A stretch of DNA of 64,000 bases from an uncultured Gemmatimonadales bacterium. Lineage in GTDB: Bacteria > Gemmatimonadota > Gemmatimonadetes > Gemmatimonadales > GWC2-71-9. Within the stretch, counting starts at the first letter, position 1. Each line of letters begins with the position of its first letter. The position numbers and the translations under genes were made by a program. Of the stretch, positions 1 through 9,812 are shown piece by piece. The notes under the pieces were generated by a model. It had not been told where the DNA came from and ran no database searches. It worked only from the letters and a program-made list of their open reading frames with translations. The DNA lies in assembly GCA_963748815.1 (NCBI GenBank), contig CAVVKJ010000006.1, positions 1 through 64,000 of the forward strand. The letters are read 5' to 3'.

Positions 1-176
1 AGCTGTGGCTGCCAACCGCGCTGCTCGTGCCACTTTCATGGATGGCACTCGGACTCCGAAGATTACTGCGGCCAGGCCGCCCCGCCATTGACGTCGCAAA
101 GGTGTTTTCTGTACAGGACTACGACACGGCAGGAGTGGCGCGACTCCGTGTGACCGCCGACGCCGAACGTTCCTGA
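1..176 (+). CDS. 3' end of an upstream gene (partial, unknown product)
   Basis: Open frame from the window edge (LWLPTALLVPLSWMALGLRRLL...AERS) ending at TGA 174-176; no diagnostic motif. Confidence 0.3.
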   Translation, partial: LWLPTALLVPLSWMALGLRRLLRPGRPAIDVAKVFSVQDYDTAGVARLRVTADAERS

Positions 177-443
177 GGTGAACGCGAGGCTCATTGAGGT
201 TCTATGTTGGACCGTCCCAATGCGGTGAACCTCAAGGTGGCACCGGCAGCGGGGAGGGGTAATTGTATTCACGATACCAGAGCACCCGCGTACGGCGCAG
301 GGTTCGTGAGGCACCAGGTTCGACGGTTTCCATGGGTAGGCGCGCTACACAACGCGGTCGAGCAGTGCAACGCCACCTCCAAGGACATTTCGACGCTCGC
401 CGCTCGCTTTCGCACCATCACTGTGCTCCGGGGATCTCATCCG

Positions 444-1507
444 ATGCGCTCACCACATCGCTTTCTCTTCCTGATCCCAGCCCACAACGAGGAGTTGTTG
501 ATTTCCGCGTGCGTGCAGTCTGTTCGGAGCTTGCAGTATCCGTCAGACGCCGTTCGAGTGCTTGTGATCGCGGACAATTGCGTCGACAATACTGCGGTAC
601 GGGCACATCGAGTCTGGGGCAGAGGTGTTGGCTCGTAAAGATCACTTGAAACCAGGGAAATCCGAGGCCATCGGGTGGGCACTCGCGAAGCTGGAACTCG
701 ATATCTGGGATGCCGTAGTGATTCTCGACGCGGATTCGACGATAGACCCGCATTTTCTCACCGCGTTGGCACAACTTGCTCCACTCAAGAATCGAGTCGT
801 TCAGACGTACTTCGGATCGTCCAACGAATTTGATACTTGGCTCACGCGGCTCTCTGGCGTATTTACCCGTATCAGGTACGAGCAAGTCTACCCGAAGAAG
901 CAGGAGAAACACCAAACGTTCCCCTGACGGGAAATGGCATGTGCATCGGGGCCGGGCTCCTGAGTTCTGAAGGCTGGCAGGCGGACTCCATAACTGAGGA
1001 TTTGGAACTCTACGCTCGGTGGACCGCCCAAGGTGTTCGCATTTCTTACTGCCTGGATGCGAGACTCTCTCCCAAGAATCTGGCTCCTTGCGGCAGGGGG
1101 AATCTCAACGGCTTCGATGGGCAACCGGGCGAACCGAAGTGTTTTGGAAGTGGAGTGGGCGCATCTTGCATAGTCGTGCGATTGGCCCTCGGGAAAAACT
1201 TGATGCAATCTTGACTCTCGGAGCTCCAAGCCCAGTAGTTTGGGCCTTGATCGCGACGACCTCCGCTTTCTTCAGTATCGTGGTGCTACCGACCCCGTAC
1301 TCTCTGGTCATCGCAGCCCTTCTCGTGGCGACACTCATGCCGTGGCTCGGCGCGGTCGTCCGCGTCCTGTACACTCACCCACAGAAATGGCAAACGATTC
1401 TGAGCTTTGCCATGCTACCTCCCTACGCCCTCTGGCGTGGCATCATTCAACTGTACGCGATGTTGTTTGGCACGCGCGGTCGATGGGTTCGGACTGAGAG
1501 AACATGA
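444..1507 (+). CDS. Family 2 glycosyltransferase (processive type, C-terminal TM helices); about 3 frameshifts
   Basis: Consecutive fragments give LIPAHNEE, VIADNCVDNT, GKSEAI, ILDADS, GNGMC, ITEDLE and QRLRW (D,D,D,QxxRW signature), then hydrophobic helices. Start approximate. Confidence 0.85.
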
Positions 1508-1732
1508 CCGCTTGGGCGGAGGAAGCGCCGCTAGGGGTACTTGGCCTTCCGGCCAACCGCTTAGCCGTTCCCCGACGAGGGGCCGCACTGCGAGGCATTC
1601 CTCCGACGCTCACCGGGGCTGGACCTGGAGAGGCGTTGTTCGAGCATGAAGGAGCCGGCAGCGTCCACACCACCTGAGATAGCTGCAGCCGGGACTGACC
1701 TTGACCGTTGCCCACTGATCAGCAGGGTGAAC

Positions 1733-2988
1733 ATGAAACCGAAGCTATTGTTTCTCTCGCAATGCCTCCCTTACCCGCCGAATAGCGGTGTTACAAATCG
1801 TACCTACAACATCCTAAAGGGCCTAGCACGCGCCTTCGATATTAGATTGCTCGCCTTCCGGCGCCACAACCATCAGGCCACTATGCAGGATATTTGTTGT
1901 GCCTGCGATGGGCTGTCACAGATTGGAGTGCAAAGTCATCGGGACCTTTCGTATCCGCTCAGAAGGCTCACAGATGGCGAAGCTGGCAGTGCATGCGCTG
2001 TCCGCGCTGACTGACCGCCCATACACGCACTTCGAATACAGCGATCGTGACTTCTTGCTCTCCCTTCAGCGTGAGCTCGCAACGGACGCTCCAGACTTAA
2101 TTCATATGGACAGTCTTGACCTTCATCGCTGGCGCCCCGCGCTGGGCGCTTTTCCAGTTGCGTGCACGCATCACAGCATCGAGTCGGACTTACTCCGAAG
2201 GCGAGCCCAGCAAGAACCCAACGCACTTCTCCGAGCATACCTGCTCCGGCAGACAGCTGCTATGGAAAAGGCAGCAGATGCGATGTGCCCTACATTTGTG
2301 ACAAACGTCATGATGTCCGACGCAGACGCGGAAAGGCTTCGATGGCTTGCCCCCACGGCTAAGACTTGCGTCGCCCCCAATGGAGTCGACGTGGACACCA
2401 TGAAGCCTTTGCCGACTCAAGATTCCGTGAAAGGGCGCGTTGCATTTCTGGGGCCTTCATACATGCGCCCGAACTATGACGGCATAGACTATTTCCTTAG
2501 AGAAGTTTGGCCCCTTGTCCGTCAGGCACGGCCGGATGTCACCTTTCAAATAATTGGTAAGGTATTAGGGGCACACCGTAGAAAGTTCGAAGCCTCTCCC
2601 GGCGTGGCGTGCGCCGGATTCGTGCCGGATCTTCGGAGCGCACTCGCCCAAGCCTCCTGTCTGGTTGTACCCCTGCGAATCGGGGGGGGGACCCGTCTCA
2701 AGATATTGGATGCCTGGGCGATGGCACGCCCAGTCGTTTCGACCTCAATCGGTTGTGAGGGGCTTGACGCGCGCGAGGGTGTCAACATCCTCATTCGTGA
2801 CGGAGCAGCTGCGCTTGCCGATGGCCTCTTGCAGGTGCTGGGCGACGAAGTGATTGCCGGCAGGATTAGCATCGGTGGAAGGTACACGGCGGAGCAGCGT
2901 TACTCGTGGGAGTCTATTCGGCGCTTCGCTCGCTAGCGACTATCTCAATTTGACGACACCAGCCGGCTCACCAGCAGACCAGGCATAG
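1733..2988 (+). CDS. Family 4 glycosyltransferase (EPS-associated); frameshifted near 1900 and probably near 2920
   Basis: LLFLSQCLPYPPNSG N-terminus, APNGVD, VVPLRIGGGTRLKILDAWAMARPVVSTSIGCEG. ORF as sequenced ends at 2936; corrected end likely 2988. Confidence 0.85.
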
Positions 2989-3152
2989 CAATTCTGAGGC
3001 GGGGAGACGCGACCGTCGGCCGCGCTCCATCTAAGAGCGAGCGTAGCTGCAAGCTCCAACTATTCTGCAATCGCCCCTTGACGGGAAGTTTTGGCGTAGC
3101 CCCTAACCCGCTGTAACGGATCGATTGGCTCACATTTATCGGGAGATGGCGC

Positions 3153-3991
3153 ATGTCCGGAATTGGCCGTTCGCTGGTGGGAAGGCTTGCGCACCGGGCT
3201 GGAGGTGCTACGGGCTGAACCTGTGCTTGGGCTAAAGCGCTTGTTGTTGCCCGTCAGCTACTGGCGGAGCGTTGAATTCCGCATACGTGTGGCGGCAACT
3301 TGTCACGCTTGGCGAAGGCCGCGTTCTCGACTTGGGTAGTCCCAAGAACTTGGCCTTGTCCCTGGCCAGAACGCGGGGGTTCGAAGTCGTGTCTACCGAC
3401 ATCCTAGCGGCGGAGGTAGCGATCGCAAGTCGCTGCAGCATCGCTGCTGGACGCAGTGGACGAGGAGCTGGGCGTCTCACCAGCGAGATCCAGGATGGTC
3501 GTCAGCTCACCTACAGCGATGCGACCTTTGACGCGGCCTTCAGCGTTTCGGTGCTGGAGCACATCCCGGAGGATGGCGATTCGCTCGCCATACGTGAACT
3601 TGTCCGGGTGGTGAAGCCCGGCGGGCTGATTATCGTGACGACCCCGTATCATACTGTCCATCGTGACACCTACGTCGAGCGTGAGGTCTACGAGAGGGGG
3701 TTCGAGGGTGCTCGGTTTTCTTCGAAAGACACTACGATGCACTGACACTAAGATCCCGGCTCCTGGATGCGAGCGGTGGCCGCCTCGTTAGTCTCTAATT
3801 GTGGGGAGAGGGCTTCGTCCGCGGAGAACGCCTCCTGCTTCAGCCCACAAACTCCGGGCGGTACTTTCCCCGCTCGAAGCACCACTGGCTCGAACTCCGC
3901 CTCAAACGCGACTCAGAGGCACGTCCGATCCATCCGATGGCCGCCTTTTTCGGACTTCCGGCAAGCGACAGTGATTTTCGAGTGGATATGA
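3153..3991 (+). CDS. Class I SAM-dependent methyltransferase; frameshifted, ends approximate
   Basis: RVLDLGS motif I, VVSTDI, FDAAFSVSVLEHIP, ELVRVVKPGGLIIVTTP in ORF 3272..3745. Confidence 0.75.
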
Positions 3992-4062
3992 CTTCGGCCC
4001 TTCCCCCGATGCAATCGTTTGATACACCGGAGGGCCGCCGTTTGCCCCTGACCTGTGTTCTC

Positions 4063-7000
4063 CTAACTGCCGCTTAGGTACACGTGCGCAAGCTAATGTA
4101 GTCATTTCTGGTTTTTGTCCCCCCCATCCCACCCCATGTCGGGTTCCATTTCCACCCTCGGAAGGCGAGCGGATACGCTGAGCTGCGGTATACAACATTG
4201 GAATATTGGTGAGTCCTGCTCCCATCGACCCACATGTGGAACTCGCCATCGGACGAACCGATTGTGTTGGCGACCATGACAATCTCCAAATGGTGCCATG
4301 CGCCCACAGTCGCTGCATTCCCGGATCCAACATTCCGGCCGAGCGTCCGATCCGAAACCGGTCCAGGCCCCTGCTGCCAGAACTCAAGCGCCATCGCGGT
4401 CATGGTTTGCTGGGTGCCAGTCCCCCGGAGAATCAGGAACCCCTGATTGAGCGGCCCTCCATCCGAATCACCAGAACCGAAGAAACCGAACTTGGTCCCT
4501 ACCGCCTGATTCTCGTAGTTCGAGCCCTCGACGAGAAACCAGAGCGAAAAATACTGCCGGGTCCGACGCGTGCTCCCGCCGTCCGTCATGTCGACCGATA
4601 GGTTTACTGGTGCATCGCCGCTCGATTGTCCGCTTGGAAACCGGGTGCGTAGGCAATTGGCATCCCCCGACGTACCTCCACCACCGGCCACGATGCTGAA
4701 GTTGCTCCCACCGGACTCCACCAGCCAGTTGGATCCAGCCGCCCCATTGCTCCCATTCGGAATCGCCGCGAAATCGTGCTCGAAGACGCGCGTCACGCCC
4801 GCCGGTTGATTTGGGTAAGAGCCCGCAACCCCGGCGACGCAGGCCGATCCTGTAGGAATGGACGCGACTGCGATGCTCGCGGATCCGCCAGGGGCCGCCC
4901 TGGTGCATGGCGATGACCCGGAAGGTCCCTGCCGTATTCCCGGCCGTGTAGAGCCCGCTCGAATTGACCGAGCCGCCCGTGGCGCTGTAGGTCACCGCCG
5001 GGGCCGTCGTGGCCCCGTTGCTCCACTGGCCGTTCACGGCGAACTGCTGGGTAGCGCCGGTGTTGAGGGATGCACTGGACGGCGTGAGGATGACGGCCTG
5101 TAATACCGGCGGCGCCGCGGTGAGGGTGATGGCGCTGGTGTCCGCCAGGCTCCCGCCCTGCTGCGTGGCGATGACCCGGAAGCTCCCTGCCGTATTCCCG
5201 GCCGTATAGAGGCCACTCGAATTGACCGAGCCGCCCGTGGCGCTGTAAGTCACCGCCGGGGCCGTCGTGGCCCCGTTGCTCCACTGGCCGTTCACGGCGA
5301 ACTGCTGGGTAGCGCCGGTGTTGAGGGATGCACTGGACGGCGTGAGGATGACTGCCTGTAATACCGGCGGCGCCGCGGTGAGGGTGATGGCGCTGGTGTC
5401 CGCCAGGGTCCCGCCCTGCTGCACCGCGATGACCCGGAAGGTCCCCGCGGTATTCCCCGCCGTGTAGAGCCCGCTCGAATTGACCGAGCCGCCCGTGGCG
5501 CTGTAGGTCACCGCCGGCGCCGTCGTGGCGCCATTGCTCCACTGCCCGCTCACGCTGAACTGCTGGGTGGCCGCCGGTGTCGAGGGACGCACTGGACGGC
5601 GTCAGGATGACTGCCTGCAGTACCGGCGGGGCCGCCGTGAGGGTGATGGTGCTGGTGTCCGCCAGGCGTGCCGCCCTGCTGCGTCGCGATGACCCGGAAG
5701 GTCCCCGCCGTGTTCCCCGCCGTGTAGAGCCCGCTCGAGTTGATCGAGCCGCCCGTGGCGCTGTAGGTCACCGCCGGGGCCGTCGTGGCCCCATTGCTCC
5801 ACTGCCCGCTCACGCTGAACTGCTGGGTGCCGCCGGTCGCCAGCGAGGCCTGGCTCGGCGTCAGGATGACCGCCTGGAGCACCGGCGGGGTCGCCGTGAG
5901 GGTCACGGTGGTGGTATCCGCCAGGGTGCCGCCCTGCTGCATCGCGATGACCCGGAAGGTCCCCGCCGTGCTGCCCGCCGTGTAGAGCCCACTCGAGTTG
6001 ACCGATGCCGCCGGTGGCGCTGTAGGTCACCGCCGGGCGCCGTCGTGGCGCCGTTGCTCCACTGCCCGCTCACGCTGAACTGCTGGGTGGCCCCGGTGGC
6101 CAGCGAGGCGCTGGCTCGGCGTCAGGATGACCGCCTGGAGCACCGGCGGCGTCGCCGTGAGGGTGACGGTGCTGGTGTCGGCCAGGGTGCCGCCCTGCTG
6201 CATCGCGATGACCCGGAAGGTGCCCGCCGTGCTGCCCGCGGTGTAGAGCCCGCCCGACGTTGATCGATGCCGCCCGTGGCGCTGTAGGTCACCGCCGGGC
6301 GCCGTCGTGGCCCCGTTGCTCCACTGCCCGCTCACGCTGAACTGCTGCGTGGCGCCGGTGGCCAGCGAGGCGCTCGCTCGGCGTCAGGATGACCGCCTGG
6401 AGCACCGGCGGGGTCGCCGTCAGGGTGACGGTGCTGGTGTCCGCCAGGGTGCCGCCCTGCTGGGTCGCGATGACCCGGAAGGTGCCCGCCGTGCTGCCGG
6501 CCGTGTAGAGCCCACTCGAGTTGACCGATGCCGCCCGTGGCGCTGTAGGTCACCGCCGGGGCCGTCGTGGCCCCGTTGCTCCACTGCCCGCTCACGCTGA
6601 ACTGCTGGGTGGCCCCGGTCGCCAGCGAGGCCGCTGCTCGGCGTCAGGATGACCGCCTGGAGCACCGGCGGCGTCGTCGTGAGGGTCACCGTGCGTGGTG
6701 TCCGCCAGGGTGCCGCCCTGCTGGATCGCGATGACCCGGAAGGTGCCCGCCGTGCTGCCCGCGGTGTAGAGCCCGCCGAGCTGACCGTGCCGCCCGTGGC
6801 GCTGTAGGTCACCGCCGGGGCCGTGGTGGCCCCGTTGCTCCACTGCCCGCTCACGCTGAACTGCTGGGTCGCCCCGGTGGCCAGCGAGGCCTCGCTCGGC
6901 GTCAGGATCACCGCCTGGAGCACCGGCGGGGTCGCCGTGAGGGTGACGCGTGCTGGTGTCCGCCAGGGTGCCGCCCTGCTGGGTCGCGATGACCCGGAAG

Positions 7001-7583
7001 GTGCCGGCCGTGTGCCCGCGGTGTACAGCCCGCCGAGTGTGATGGTGCCGCCGGTCGCGTTGTAGGTCACCGCCGGGGCCGTGGTGGCCCCGTTGCTCCA
7101 CTGCCCGCTCACGCTGAACTGCTGGGTGGCGCCGGTGGTCAGCGAGGCGCTGCTCGGCGTCAGGATGACCGCCTGGAGGACCGGCGTCGGATTGGTGACC
7201 GTGATCGTGGTCGAGTCCTGCGGGATGGGAGCTCTTCCGGTGGCGGCCTCGGATCCAGTAGCTGCCCGCCAAGGCGGCGCTGAACTGGGCGGTCGAATCG
7301 GTCGACGCCGGCCAGGGTGCCGCCATCGGAGCTCCAATCGACCTCGACGGGCGCCGGCTGGCCGCTGGTCGTCAGCGCGATGGCGCGCACGACGACGACC
7401 TGCCCCACCGTCACCGCGGCGCTCTCCGGCGTGACCTCGACGACCGCGACTTCGGAGTCGTCGGGGCAAGGCCTTCCTTCAACTGACCAGGTTCGCAGGC
7501 CGCGAGGAGGAGGAGGGGGAGGAGCATGCAGAAGGATTGCGCGGCCGCGATAGCGGCGCGCAAGCGAGACGCGAAATATTCAT
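4063..7583 (-). CDS. Large surface lipoprotein A: lipobox, 1 divergent plus 9 near-identical Ig-like repeats, C-terminal jelly-roll/polysaccharide-lyase-like domain; many frameshifts
   Basis: MLLPLLLAAC lipobox near 7500-7530. Repeat PVLQAVILTPSSASLxTGATQQFSVSGQWSNGATTAPAVTYSATGG...GLYTAG.TAGTFRVIAxQQGGTLADT recurs about every 258 bp. Tip has AWHHLEIVM...DGEFHMWVDG...WKWNPTWGG; corrected stop at 4063-4065. Fold calls are from motif recognition only. Confidence 0.8.
4068..4882. repeat. Copy 1 of an ~815-bp direct duplication (tip of lipoprotein A)
   Basis: Matches 8128..8943 apart from a 1-nt indel, one substitution and the divergent patch 4596-4716. Confidence 0.9.
4885..7200 (-). repeat. 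Intragenic tandem repeat, 9 units of about 258 bp
   Basis: GQWSNG-encoding core at about 5021, 5280, 5538, 5798, 6059, 6320, 6580, 6840 and 7098. The two units nearest the tip share an AVNGQW variant. Confidence 0.9.
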
Positions 7584-7675
7584 GGGGGAGGACCCCGGAT
7601 TCACTGGCAGAAACCCACCATCAGCACCCAACCACTCCCGTCCCGCTTCCCACCCTTGGGCCCAGTGCCGGTTTA

Positions 7676-7691
7676 TGCAAGTATAAGGCCT
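7676..7691 (-). promoter_or_regulatory. Putative sigma54 (-24/-12) promoter of lipoprotein A
   Basis: Minus strand AGGCCTTATACTTGCA = GG-N10-GC with TTGC; AT-rich tract upstream (about 7695-7850). Confidence 0.55.
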
Positions 7692-8122
7692 CCATTAGAT
7701 GTACTAATTTAAGACATTTTTGAGATCTCACGTGAGAGTCAACATAGTATAAGATGTTATTAATCATAGAGTTACAAGAGTGCAACGATATGGCTCAACA
7801 GATTTACCGTATATTTTAATGACATCGCAATTCGCATATTGAATGCACCTGACGTATGCGCGATCACACCGCTTGCAGCCAAGGGTTCCGGGGCATTGCA
7901 AGGGAGTTCTCAGTCTGCGGGACGGGGGTGTTTCGGCTTGCCGGAAAGAGGTCAGGGAACCGGTGGGGGGGAAGGCGACTGGTCCAGCCCGCGTCGCCAA
8001 AGCGTGGCGGAAGCTGCGCCGACGAAGGGACGTGTCAATTGTTCTGGGGGGGGACGTGACCCTAAGAAACAGAGGCCCAGGCGACGCTGGGCCGAGATCT
8101 AGCGGTGGGAGCCCAATCGAAC

Positions 8123-9812
8123 CTAGTTGCCGCTTAGGTACACGTGCGCAAAGCTAATGTAGTCATTTCTGGTTTTTGTCCCCCCCATCCCACCCCATGT
8201 CGGGTTCCATTTCCACCCTCGGAAGGCGAGCGGATACGCTGAGCTGCGGTATACAACATTGGAATATTGGTGAGTCCTGCTCCCATCGACCCACATGTGG
8301 AACTCGCCATCGGACGAACCGATTGTGTTGGCGACCATGACAATCTCCAAATGGTGCCATGCGCCCACAGTCGCTGCATTCCCGGATCCAACATTCCGGC
8401 CGAGCGTCCGATCCGAAACCGGTCCAGGCCCCTGCTGCCAGAACTCAAGCGCCATCGCGGTCATGGTTTGCTGGGTGCCAGTCCCCCGGAGAATCAGGAA
8501 CCCCTGATTGAGCGGCCCTCCATCCGAATCACCAGAACCGAAGAAACCGAACTTGGTCCCTACCGCCTGATTCTCGTAGTTCGAGCCCTCGACGAGAAAC
8601 CAGAGCGAAAAATACTGCCGGGTCCGACGCGTGCTCCCGCCGTCCGTCATGTCGACTGTCAACGTGACGGGAGCGTCGCCGCTCGATTGTCCGCTTGGAA
8701 ACCGCGTGCGCAAACAATTCGGATCTCCGCCCGAGGCTGACGGGTCGGTCACGATACCTAGTAGGCTCAGCCCGTCTTCCACCAGCCAGTTGGATCCAGC
8801 CGCCCCATTGCTCCCATTCGGAATCGCCGCGAAATCGTGCTCGAAGACGCGCGTCATGCCCGCCGGTTGATTTGGGTAAGAGCCCGCAACCCCGGCGACG
8901 CAGGCCGATCCTGTAGGAATGGACGCGACTGCGATGCTCGCGGTATCTGCCAGGGTGCCGCCCTGCTGCACCGCGATCACCCGGAAGGTGCCCGCCGTGT
9001 TGCCCGCGGTGTAGAGCCCGCTGGAATTGACCGAGCCGCCCGTGGCGCTGTAGGTCACCGCCGGCGGCCGTGGTGGCGCCATTGCTCCACTGCCCGCTCA
9101 CGCTGAACTGCTGGGTGGCGCCGGTCGTCGAGCGAGACGCTCGAGTGGCGTCAGGATCACCGCCTGCAGCACCGGCGGGGCCGCCGTCAGGGTCACCGTG
9201 CTGGTGTCCGCCAGGGTGCCGCCCTGCTGCACCGCGATGACCCGGAAGGTGCCCGCGGTATTCCCCGCGGTGTAGAGCCCGCTCGAAGTGATGCGAGCCG
9301 CCCGTGGCGCTCCAGAGTACGCTCGGCGTAAAGGTGCTGCCATCCTGCCGAGTGGCGGTGGCGCTGAACTGACGCGTGCCGCCGGTGCTCAGCGAGACGG
9401 AGGCCGGAAGAAGGGAGAGCGAGACGGTGGGCGAAACCGCCGGCAACGACCGTCACGCCGGTGGAATCGACGACATTGGTGGCGCTCAACTCCCTGGGCA
9501 CGCACCCAGTAGGTGCCGGGTGCGCCTGCGCTGAACTGCGCTTCGGAATCCGAGACCGGCACCGATGGTGCCGCCGGTCGCGCTCCAGTCCACCGAAACC
9601 GGAACTGCCTGGCCCCGGCGGCGGTGCGCCCCTCGGCGCGGACGAGCACCGATCTGCCCCACCTCGATGGTCGGCGCGTCGGCTGCGACCAGGAGCGTCG
9701 CGACTCCCGTCTCATCCGGGCCCGAGACCGGCCTCTTGGCGCCCCTGCGACGCACGCCGTCAGCACGAAGAGCGACAGCGCGAGGCATCGGCCCCATCGA
9801 GTCGGGACTCAT
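8123..9812 (-). CDS. Surface lipoprotein B: lipobox, 2 divergent plus 1 canonical Ig-like repeat, tip nearly identical to that of lipoprotein A; frameshifted
   Basis: ATG 9812 overlaps the upstream stop (ATGA); LSLFVLTAC lipobox; ORF 8123..9082 carries the tip ending YISFAHVYLSGN. Confidence 0.8.
8128..8943. repeat. Copy 2 of the ~815-bp duplication (tip of lipoprotein B)
   Basis: Direct comparison with 4068..4882. Confidence 0.9.

Noticed and set aside
2682..2690. Poly-G phase-variation tract in the GT4 gene
   Set aside because: It simply encodes the Gly-Gly-Gly of the conserved GGGTRLK motif in frame.
4596..8777. Diversity-generating retroelement (TR/VR pair) explaining the near-duplicate tips
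   Set aside because: Differences are not adenine-specific and include synonymous changes, both copies are coding, and no reverse transcriptase is in the window.
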